Shown here: one piece after another, positions 48,463-57,563 of the stretch
How the letters are laid out: each line of letters begins with the position of its first letter
Position numbering within the stretch: the first letter of the stretch is position 1
Assembly (NCBI GenBank): GCA_031554275.1
Contig: JAVBKB010000018.1
Span: forward strand, 1-57,563
Length of the DNA: 57,563 nucleotides
Source: Bacillales bacterium
GTDB lineage: Bacteria; Bacillota; Bacilli; JARBTR01
Direction: 5' to 3'
Notes under the pieces: generated by a model
Told to the model about the DNA's origin: nothing
Seen by the model: only the letters and a program-made list of their open reading frames with translations
Databases searched by the model: none
Made by a program: the position numbers and the translations under genes

Positions 48463-50355
48463 TCAGCTTTTCAGTTTTGCAATTCTACCATGCTCCAAAT
48501 AAACAAGCAATATCGAAATATCAGCCGGGTTTACACCAGAAATTCTAGATGCTTGTGCAATCGACAAGGGTCGAATATTATTTAGCTTCTGACGAGCTTC
48601 TGTCGCTATTCCAGAAATAGCATCAAAATCGATGTCAATTGGGATCTTCTTATTCTCCAATTTTCTTTGTTTCTCAACTTGCTGAATTGACTTTTCAATG
48701 TAGCCCTCGTACTTTAACTGAATTTCTACTTGCTCAACAACTTCCTCACTTAGATGTAACTCACTCGGAATAAGTTGTTCAATATGCTGGTAAACAACCT
48801 CGGTTCTTCGCAAAAAGTCAGCTGCTCGGATTCCATCCTTAAGTTCACTGCCACCCAAACTAAGTATCAAACCTTGAACTTCAGAAGTTGGTTTAATAAA
48901 AGTAGCTTTCAATCTTGAGATTTCGGCTTCAATGGCTTTCTTCTTCAATAAAAATGTCTCATAATGCGCCTGTCCAATTAACCCGATATTGTAACCAAGT
49001 TCTGTCAATCTCAAATCAGCATTATCATGTCGCAAAAGTAATCTGTACTCAGCTCTAGAAGTGAGTAAGCGATAAGGCTCATTTGTTCCCTTTGTGACGA
49101 GATCATCAATTAGAACACCAATATAAGCATCATCACGACCCAAAATGATTTCTTCTAATCCAAGTGACTTTCTAGCAGCGTTGATTCCAGCAATTAAGCC
49201 TTGCCCAGCAGCCTCTTCATAACCGGAAGTTCCATTAATTTGACCTGCTGTATACAAATGACCAATCTTCTTCGTTTCAAGTGTCGGCCATAATTGCGTT
49301 GGAACAATTGCATCATATTCAATAGCATAACCAGACCGCATCATGCGAACATTCTCTAGACCAGTGATTGACTTTAATACTTGCTGTTGCACATCCTCAG
49401 GTAAACTAGAAGATAATCCCTGAACATACACTTCATGGGTATCTCTACCCTCTGGTTCTAGAAAGATTTGGTGTCGTGGTTTATCATTGAACCGAACAAC
49501 CTTATCCTCTATTGAGGGGCAGTATCGAGGACCAGTTCCCTTGATCATACCAGAGAACATAGGGGAACGATGTAAATTATTCTCAATAATTTGATGTGTC
49601 TGCAAAGTTGTATAGGTTAACCAACATGGTAGCTGATCTCCAATCACTTTTTTGGCAACTGTTTGATGTGAAAATCGTCTAGGAACCTCATCTCCCGGTT
49701 GAATTTCCGTTTTGCTATAATCAATAGATTCATGATGAACACGGGGCGGTGTTCCAGTTTTAAAACGAACGAGTTCCAAACCGTTTTTTTCCAAATCATC
49801 AGAAAGCTTTATCGATGGTTGAGAATTATTCGGACCACTGGAATATTTCAGTTCCCCAAGAATGATCTCGCCCTTTAAGTAAGTTCCGGTGGTAATAACC
49901 ACAGCGCTCGAACGATAAATAGCACCCGACTGCGTGAGCACACCTTTACAAGTTTCCTCTTCAACAATTAGCTGCTCAACAAGTCCCTGTACAAGCGTTA
50001 GATTGGGTTCATCTTCAAGTGCCTTTTTCATGGCCTGCTGATATTTGTACTTATCTGCCTGAGCGCGAAGTGCACGCACAGCTGGACCCTTCCCCGTATT
50101 CAGCATCCTCATTTGAATGTAGGTCTTGTCAATAATGCGCCCCATTTCTCCACCAAGTGCATCAATTTCACGTACAACAATCCCCTTTGCAGGCCCTCCA
50201 ATAGAGGGGTTGCATGGCATAAAAGCAACCATATCTAAGTTAATGGTAAGCACCAATGTTTTTGCACCAAGACGTGCAGCTGCTAAACCGGCTTCACAAC
50301 CAGCATGACCAGCACCTACAACTATGACATCAAACTGTTCAGCTTCATAAGCCAT
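48463..50355 (-). CDS. mnmG: tRNA uridine 5-carboxymethylaminomethyl modification enzyme MnmG (GidA)
   Basis: [23 protein letters not shown]. 630 aa. Confidence 0.97.
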   Translation of the reverse strand: MAYEAEQFDVIVVGAGHAGCEAGLAAARLGAKTLVLTINLDMVAFMPCNPSIGGPAKGIVVREIDALGGEMGRIIDKTYIQMRMLNTGKGPAVRALRAQADKYKYQQAMKKALEDEPNLTLVQGLVEQLIVEEETCKGVLTQSGAIYRSSAVVITTGTYLKGEIILGELKYSSGPNNSQPSIKLSDDLEKNGLELVRFKTGTPPRVHHESIDYSKTEIQPGDEVPRRFSHQTVAKKVIGDQLPCWLTYTTLQTHQIIENNLHRSPMFSGMIKGTGPRYCPSIEDKVVRFNDKPRHQIFLEPEGRDTHEVYVQGLSSSLPEDVQQQVLKSITGLENVRMMRSGYAIEYDAIVPTQLWPTLETKKIGHLYTAGQINGTSGYEEAAGQGLIAGINAARKSLGLEEIILGRDDAYIGVLIDDLVTKGTNEPYRLLTSRAEYRLLLRHDNADLRLTELGYNIGLIGQAHYETFLLKKKAIEAEISRLKATFIKPTSEVQGLILSLGGSELKDGIRAADFLRRTEVVYQHIEQLIPSELHLSEEVVEQVEIQLKYEGYIEKSIQQVEKQRKLENKKIPIDIDFDAISGIATEARQKLNNIRPLSIAQASRISGVNPADISILLVYLEHGRIAKLKS

Positions 50356-50373
50356 GTGAAATTATCCTCCAAG

Positions 50374-50641
50374 TCTATCTATTGCGTTCATAGTTTCTCT
50401 AACTTCCTGAGTCATCTATTGTTTTCCTAGTTCTGTTACTGCACTCCGAAATAGTATCTATCTCTCTATTAGACATTTGTTGCTATATAGAATTTTATTG
50501 CTATTATAGACATCCATTGCAGTCGCAATCATTTATTGTTTATAAAGTCATTTATTGCTTTAAGTTTCTTTTATTGCAATCACAGTCATCTGTTGCTTTC
50601 CTAGTTGCATATTGCATCTGCAACCGATTGTGATTTTTGCA
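50374..50641. repeat. Degenerate 19-bp tandem (iteron-like) array, about 8-9 contiguous units plus 2 upstream outliers
   Basis: The core (T/G)TTG, in TATTGC-like contexts, starts at 50479, 50497, 50516, 50535, 50554, 50573, 50592 and 50611: one 18-bp spacing, then six of 19 bp. The unit gtcatctattgttttccta (50411) repeats as gtcatctgttgctttccta (50585). Confidence 0.8.
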
Positions 50642-50719
50642 GTCAATTTTTTTGTCATCAATTCCTTCAATACTAATCTAATGATCGATAGACATCTATC
50701 ACTTCGCAGACAACTATCA

Positions 50720-50733
50720 ATTTCCCGGGAAAT
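50720..50733. promoter_or_regulatory. Noc-binding-site (NBS) palindrome
   Basis: ATTTCCCGGGAAAT is an exact match to the 14-bp NBS consensus described for B. subtilis. It lies 9 nt 3' of the mnmE stop. Confidence 0.7.
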
Positions 50734-50742
50734 TTCTGATTT

Positions 50743-52128
50743 CTACTTTCCTAAACAAAACTGGGAGAAGAGTTGATCAATCAAGCTATCGTGCATATTC
50801 TCACCAATTATTTCACCAAGACTCTCCCATGCTTTTGTCATATCAATCTGGATAATATCAATTGGAACACCATTGTCTGCCGCCTGTAATGCATCCTCAA
50901 TAGATTCCTTAGCTTGGTGCAATAAGGCAATATGACGTGCATTTGAAACATAAGTAAGGTCGTGGTCTTGAATATTACCCAGGAAATAAAGTCTTTCAAT
51001 CTCCTTTTGCAATTCCTCCAAACCAGTATTCCTCAGAATCGATGTCTCAATCACTGCATGCCCATTTGAGTATCGTTCTAGCTCCGCAACATTTAGTTCA
51101 TGAGAAAGATCAGCTTTGTTTAACAGGATAATCACATTTTTAGAAATGACCTTCTTCAATAGGTCGATATCGTCATAGTGAAGCGGCTCTGCCGTATCTA
51201 GGACAAGCAGTATTAAATCTGCTCTGTCAATCGCACCAAAAGATCGCTCGACACCAATTTGTTCAACAACATCACTCGTTTCACGAATACCAGCAGTATC
51301 CACTAATTTCAAGGGGATGCCATTAACATTCACGTATTCCTCTATGATATCACGCGTTGTCCCTGGTATATCAGTTACAATTGCCTTATTCTCTTGTAAT
51401 AAACTATTTAAAAGTGATGACTTGCCGACATTTGGCCTACCAATTATCGCAGTGGTAATCCCCTCACGGAGAATCTTCCCTTGTTGAGCAGTTTGTAATA
51501 ATCGATTAATCTCCACAAGAATCTCATTACCATTGGCAACAAGCAAATGATGGCTCATTTCCTCAACATCATCATACTCTGGATAATCGATGTTCACCTC
51601 AACATGTGCTAGCACTTCGAGAATTTTCTGGCGAAGCTCTTGGATCAAATGAGATAGTTTTCCATCTAATTGCCCAATAGCAACCTGCATAGCTCGATCT
51701 GTTTTCGCACGAATCAAGTCCATAACTGCCTCTGCTTGTGACAAATCAATGCGACCATTCAAGAAAGCCCGCTTTGTGAATTCACCAGGCTCCGCTAACC
51801 TTGCACCTGATCTTAGTACCAGCTGTAATATTTTGTTCACAGCAACAAAACCACCATGGCAGTTGATTTCAATCGTATCTTCTCTAGTAAAGGTATTCGG
51901 TGCACGCAATATTGTAACCATAGTTTCATCCAAGACAATCATTGTTAAAGGATCAATAAGATGGCCATAATGAATAGTATGTGAGGACATTTCAGATAAT
52001 CGTTTCCCACCTGGGCTGACAAACAGTTTATCAGCAATACCCACTGCATCTACGCCACTTATGCGCACAATGGCAATTGCACCCTCACCCATTGGCGTGG
52101 AAATTGCAGCTATTGTATCTGAAATCAT
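50743..52128 (-). CDS. mnmE: tRNA modification GTPase MnmE (TrmE/ThdF)
   Basis: [23 protein letters not shown]-domain motif [13 protein letters not shown]-terminal CLGK. Confidence 0.96.
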   Translation of the reverse strand: MISDTIAAISTPMGEGAIAIVRISGVDAVGIADKLFVSPGGKRLSEMSSHTIHYGHLIDPLTMIVLDETMVTILRAPNTFTREDTIEINCHGGFVAVNKILQLVLRSGARLAEPGEFTKRAFLNGRIDLSQAEAVMDLIRAKTDRAMQVAIGQLDGKLSHLIQELRQKILEVLAHVEVNIDYPEYDDVEEMSHHLLVANGNEILVEINRLLQTAQQGKILREGITTAIIGRPNVGKSSLLNSLLQENKAIVTDIPGTTRDIIEEYVNVNGIPLKLVDTAGIRETSDVVEQIGVERSFGAIDRADLILLVLDTAEPLHYDDIDLLKKVISKNVIILLNKADLSHELNVAELERYSNGHAVIETSILRNTGLEELQKEIERLYFLGNIQDHDLTYVSNARHIALLHQAKESIEDALQAADNGVPIDIIQIDMTKAWESLGEIIGENMHDSLIDQLFSQFCLGK

Positions 52129-52344
52129 TTGTCCTTCACCTCTTTTTAAAAATCAAAATATAATTTTACAAAAAAACTATGCTCAAAAGATAATTTTAAC
52201 TGATATAAAATAGATACACAACTGAATACAATTGGAAGTTAATTGATAACTTAAAACCAACTCATGGTATATTCACAAAGATGACACTTTAATTCTTGTT
52301 GTCTTTAAATATTAAGATTGCTAAAATTGTATAGGGTAAAATAA

Positions 52345-53655
<1,311 letters not shown>

Positions 53656-53708
53656 ACATCTATAAAAGATTGAACACCAAGTCACTATTTCTCACAAACA
53701 TATGCGCT

Positions 53709-53736
53709 CAAAGCGACAATTCGTTGTCGCTTTTTG
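53709..53736 (+). terminator. purA terminator
   Basis: AAAGCGACAA-TTCG-TTGTCGCTTT followed by TTG. Confidence 0.85.
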
Positions 53737-53904
53737 ATTGTAAATCAAGAAATTACCGTTCCAAATTACACAACTTTCACAGTAAGGTTACAATCAAGTA
53801 ACTTTCCCCCTTCTCTTAAAAAAATATGTTACAGTAGTATCGCTGAAGGAGAAAGTACAATTCAGTTAACCTAAAAACCTATTTTTGAACCAGGAGAAAT
53901 ATTC

Positions 53905-55338
53905 ATGAAAAGATACACAAAAAAAATTATAAACACAATTATAGTGTTCCTTTTAATTGGACTATTCATTACGAGCTACTCGGTGAAGGCCAAAAACGAG
54001 CAAGCAGTTAGTAAAGTATTTCATGTATACGTAGATGATACTTACCATGGAACTGTTGAAAATAAAGAACTTGTTGAAGATATCATTAAGGATAAAGAAG
54101 ACAAATTCAAAAAAGAAAACCCTAAAGTAAATGGCATGGTGAGCAATGAAATCAGCTATGTCTCGGAAGATTTACTGGGAAATCCTACAAAGCAATCAGA
54201 GTTAGCAGTCGAAACGATTAAAGAGGATTTATCGACAGCTATCACAGTGAAAGCAACTGTTACCGCAATAAAAATTGACGGAGAACCGAAAATACTTTTA
54301 AACAAAAAAGAAGAAGCCGAGAAAGTACTAAACGAATTAAAAACAGAATATGTCGGAACAAGTGACTTTTCTCAATTTGAGACTCAATCAGAAGATCAAA
54401 TAACGCAAGCACTACAAAATGATGAGACCAAAATCAGTACTGTGAATTTCGATAAAGAAATTGAAATTGAAAACCTTTTCCTAGAACCAAACAAGATCTA
54501 TACAGTTGAGGAAGCAAAAAAATCACTAAAAGGTGAAGCTTTGCCACCAGAGCTTTACAAAATTGAGGCTGGTGATACTCTAGAGAGCATTGCCACTAAA
54601 TTCGGAATGACACAACAAGAACTATTGGATATAAATGAGGGTGTTACTTACGAAAAGATTATCGAAGGAAGAGATGTCTACGTTGCAACAAAACCAACAC
54701 CCATTAATGTGCAAACAGTAAAACTTACGAAAAAGATTGAACCAATTCCTTATACAAAGCGAGTGGTAGAGGATCCAAGTATGTTAAAGGGTGAAACGCG
54801 TGTTACACAAACTGGAGCAGACGGCGCTAATGAATATATTGAAAAAAACATTGAAGTAAATGGACAACTTTCTTCAACTGTACGAGAAAAGGACAAAGTC
54901 ATTATTGCACCAAGAGAGGAAATTACTTATGTTGGAACATGGGTAATCCCATCAAGAGGAACAGCAGAATTCGTTTGGCCAACAAATGGTGGCTATATCT
55001 CCAGCTTCCTTGGGCAACGTTGGGGCAGACAACATAAAGGGCTTGATATAGCGAGACCATCTAACTATACAATCAAGGCAACAGACAATGGGACTATTAT
55101 CGAAGCGGGATATAATAATGGTGGTTATGGTAACAAGATCGTCATAGACCATAATAATGGATATACAAGCGTCTATGGACATCTAGATTCAATTAATGTC
55201 TCGGTTGGACAGGTTGTTCAAGCCGGACAAGCCATTGGCATAATGGGTAATACTGGACATTCAACAGGCACACATCTTCACTTTGAACTATACTTGAATG
55301 GAGAACTACTCAATCCATTGGAGTATGTCCCAAGATAA
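53905..55338 (+). CDS. Secreted peptidoglycan hydrolase: LysM + G5 + M23 metallopeptidase domains
   Basis: Signal/anchor sequence. LysM motif YKIEAGDTLESIATKFGMTQQELLDIN. G5-like motif GETRVTQTGADGANEY. M23 motifs HKGLDIA and GHSTGTHLHFEL. Confidence 0.85.
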   Translation: MKRYTKKIINTIIVFLLIGLFITSYSVKAKNEQAVSKVFHVYVDDTYHGTVENKELVEDIIKDKEDKFKKENPKVNGMVSNEISYVSEDLLGNPTKQSELAVETIKEDLSTAITVKATVTAIKIDGEPKILLNKKEEAEKVLNELKTEYVGTSDFSQFETQSEDQITQALQNDETKISTVNFDKEIEIENLFLEPNKIYTVEEAKKSLKGEALPPELYKIEAGDTLESIATKFGMTQQELLDINEGVTYEKIIEGRDVYVATKPTPINVQTVKLTKKIEPIPYTKRVVEDPSMLKGETRVTQTGADGANEYIEKNIEVNGQLSSTVREKDKVIIAPREEITYVGTWVIPSRGTAEFVWPTNGGYISSFLGQRWGRQHKGLDIARPSNYTIKATDNGTIIEAGYNNGGYGNKIVIDHNNGYTSVYGHLDSINVSVGQVVQAGQAIGIMGNTGHSTGTHLHFELYLNGELLNPLEYVPR

Positions 55339-55373
55339 AACGTATTGCTGGCTTTATTAAAGATTCACATACT

Positions 55374-55412
55374 AAATCCTCATTTCTATCGAGATAGAAA
55401 TGAGGATTTTTT
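55374..55412. terminator. Bidirectional terminator between convergent M23 peptidase gene and serS
   Basis: AAATCCTCATTTCTATC-GA-GATAGAAATGAGGATTTTTT. Confidence 0.85.
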
Positions 55413-55465
55413 AAGCAAGCAGTACGGTTTTTCGAAATTACTCATTTGAAAACCCCCTACTCATA

Positions 55466-56743
55466 TCATTTTGAAATGCGATCACGACCACCCATATAAG
55501 GCTGTAGCAACTTCGGAATAAGTACACTGCCATCAACCTGTTGAAAATTCTCTAGAATCGCAGCTACAGTACGACCAATCGCTAGTCCAGAACCATTGAG
55601 TGTGTGCACATGCTCTGGTTTACCGTTTGCTTCACGACGAAAACGAACATTTGCACGACGAGCTTGAAATGCCTCAAAATTACTGCAAGAAGAAATTTCA
55701 CGATATTTCTCACTGCTTGGAATCCAAACCTCAATGTCATACTTCTTTGCAGCTGTAAATCCTAAATCGCCAGTACACATGCTCAGTACTTGATATGGTA
55801 GCTCTAATAATTGTAGAACCTTCTCTGCGTTTGCTGTCAGTGACTCTAATTCTTCATAAGAATTTTCAGGAAGAACGAACTTGACCAATTCAACTTTATT
55901 GAATTGGTGCTGACGAATTAATCCACGAGTATCACGCCCAGCAGAACCAGCCTCTGAACGGAAACAAGCACTGTAAGCAGCATAATTTAGAGGTAGTTGA
56001 TCGATTGACAAAATTTCATCTCGGTGCAGATTGGTAATCGGCACTTCTGCAGTTGGGATCAGGAAATAGTCTAATCCCTCAAGTTTGAAGACATCCTCCT
56101 CAAACTTCGGCAATTGCCCAGTACCTGTCAAGCTTGCTCGATTAACAATATAAGGTGGCAACGCCTCCTCGTACCCATGCTCCTCGGTATGCAAATCCAG
56201 CATGAAACTCATTAAAGCTCTTTCTAATCTTGCACCCAATCCCTTATAGAAAACAAAGCGGCTGCCTGTTACTTTACTAGCGCGTTCGAAATCAAGTATT
56301 TCCAAACCCTCGGCAACTTCCCAATGTGGTTTCGGCTCGAAATCAAATGTCGGCACTTTCCCCCAATGGCGGACAGGAATGTTGTCATCCTCAGTTTCAC
56401 CTATTGGTGCACTTTCATGAGGGATATTTGGTAAGTTCAGCATCACCGTCTCAAAATCTGCTTCAATTACTGATAGTTCCTCATCAAGTAATTTAATGCG
56501 GTCGCCAACCTCTCTCATCGCCAAAATCGCAGCTTCAGCATCCTTCTTTTCTCGCTTCAATACTGCAATTTGATTAGTGACTTCATTACGCTCACTCTTT
56601 AACTTCTCTACCTCAGCAATTAATTCCCGACGACGACTATCAAGCGCTTGGAATTGATCAAGTCCAGTCAAGTCTTCTCCACGGTATTTCAGCTTGCTCT
56701 TTACCTCTTCAAAATTTTCTCTAACAAATTTCACATCTAACAT
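55466..56743 (-). CDS. serS: Seryl-tRNA synthetase
   Basis: [18 protein letters not shown], an N-terminal coiled-coil arm, and class II motifs ([21 protein letters not shown]). Confidence 0.97.
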   Translation of the reverse strand: MLDVKFVRENFEEVKSKLKYRGEDLTGLDQFQALDSRRRELIAEVEKLKSERNEVTNQIAVLKREKKDAEAAILAMREVGDRIKLLDEELSVIEADFETVMLNLPNIPHESAPIGETEDDNIPVRHWGKVPTFDFEPKPHWEVAEGLEILDFERASKVTGSRFVFYKGLGARLERALMSFMLDLHTEEHGYEEALPPYIVNRASLTGTGQLPKFEEDVFKLEGLDYFLIPTAEVPITNLHRDEILSIDQLPLNYAAYSACFRSEAGSAGRDTRGLIRQHQFNKVELVKFVLPENSYEELESLTANAEKVLQLLELPYQVLSMCTGDLGFTAAKKYDIEVWIPSSEKYREISSCSNFEAFQARRANVRFRREANGKPEHVHTLNGSGLAIGRTVAAILENFQQVDGSVLIPKLLQPYMGGRDRISK

Positions 56744-56765
56744 AGTTATCCCTCCATTACAATAC

Positions 56766-57045
56766 TGTAGCTAAAAACTCGTAACCACAAAAAAACTCAT
56801 CCCCTATAGAAAAGGGACGAGTTTAACCCGCGATACCACCCTAGTTAAAAGCCACTATTACAGCTTTTCACCTCGACACATGTTAACGGTTTTCAACCGG
56901 AAATCATTACACGCTTGACCAACAAGTTTCCTGATTTCGCTCGAAGATGGATTCATAAGGTCATGTGCTAGTTCACATCAACCACTAGCTTTCTTAGACT
57001 ACAAGTGCACTTATTACTACTTCTTCTCATCGCATTTAATATTTC
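56766..57045 (-). promoter_or_regulatory. T-box riboswitch leader of serS, with terminator/antiterminator
   Basis: Minus strand shows the stem I start GCGATGAGAAGAAGTAGTA, the T-box sequence AACTAGGGTGGTATCGCGGG (56826-56846), and the terminator AACTCGTCCC-ttttctata-GGGGATGAGTT plus T7 (56788-56824). The candidate specifier is UCC (Ser) in GAA-UCC-A at 56949-56951. Confidence 0.85.
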
Positions 57046-57140
57046 TTATTAATTTACTACATACTATGCACAAAATCAACCATTTTATAACTTACTGTAC
57101 AACTGAGGTAAACCGAAAGAATAATCAATATACGAAAAAC

Positions 57141-57563
57141 TTACTCAATCCTTAGAAATCCTTTTGAATAATTTATCTTTTTACTATTGATAGAACTTAG
57201 TATCTCTGTAATCTTCTCATTGGATAAGTCAACATCTTCCGTATCAGCGTATTCTTTTAATAATGCAACATAACCAGAAACTAGAGCGTTCGCTTCGGAA
57301 GTACCAGAATTAAAATGAATACTTCCATTAATAGTTACACATTTAATTTCATCACCGGGTGCATTAATTACTACTTCGCTTGGTACGTTTGTAAAATCCG
57401 AAATTTGGTTGTTTGCTGAAATCGATCCCACTGAAATTACACCTTTCTTATTTGCAGGAAAAAGCATGTCATTATTTCCGTAATCGCCTGAGGAAGAGAC
57501 AACTGTAATTCCCTTTTCCAGGGCAATATCGATTGAATCAGAAACAGCCTGGTTAAATTGATA
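57141..57563 (-). CDS. S8 (subtilisin-family) serine peptidase, 5'-partial (N-terminus lies beyond the window end)
   Basis: The frame is open to nt 57563. It reads ...AVSDSIDIALEKGITVVSSSGDYGNN...NSGTSEANALVSGYVALL, covering the oxyanion Asn region and the GTS catalytic Ser motif. Confidence 0.75.
   Translation of the reverse strand, partial: YQFNQAVSDSIDIALEKGITVVSSSGDYGNNDMLFPANKKGVISVGSISANNQISDFTNVPSEVVINAPGDEIKCVTINGSIHFNSGTSEANALVSGYVALLKEYADTEDVDLSNEKITEILSSINSKKINYSKGFLRIE

Overview
This window is an origin-proximal chromosomal segment from a low-GC Firmicute with Bacillales-like gene order. Most core genes lie on the minus strand: uvrA/uvrB, recX, a CspA-type cold-shock gene, a DEAD-box helicase, dnaB helicase-rplI-gdpP, rpsR-ssb-rpsF, ychF, spo0J-soj, noc, rsmG, mnmG and mnmE. 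The right end carries purA, a LysM/G5/M23 peptidase, a T-box-controlled serS and a partial S8 peptidase.

The left ~12 kb is accessory. It holds a 1300-codon lectin-headed surface protein that the ORF track misses because it runs off the window, and which carries near-identical 531-bp tandem repeats. It also holds a MOP-family flippase, a DUF3048 lipoprotein, a secreted barnase-type RNase with no visible barstar, a YbaK/ProX-like deacylase, and a papain-like peptidase fused to Big_2 and an internalin-type LRR domain.

Other notable points:
- Three genes (GNAT, small membrane protein, NUDIX) sit between uvrB and uvrA.
- A PadR operon has an operator repeat array and two membrane proteins built from one repeated 2TM module.
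- A decayed secA N-terminal remnant follows the ABC-F gene.
- A glutaminyl-tRNA synthetase is present in a lineage that usually lacks one.
- parS palindromes directly follow the spo0J and noc stop codons.
- An exact Noc-binding-site palindrome and a 19-bp iteron-like tandem array lie in the unusually long mnmE-mnmG spacer.
- Synteny breaks at mnmE|purA, where jag-yidC-rnpA-rpmH-dnaA would be expected.

No rRNA, tRNA, CRISPR array, transposase or recognisable defence system was seen. All calls rest on reading the sequence by eye and on recalled family motifs. No database search was run.
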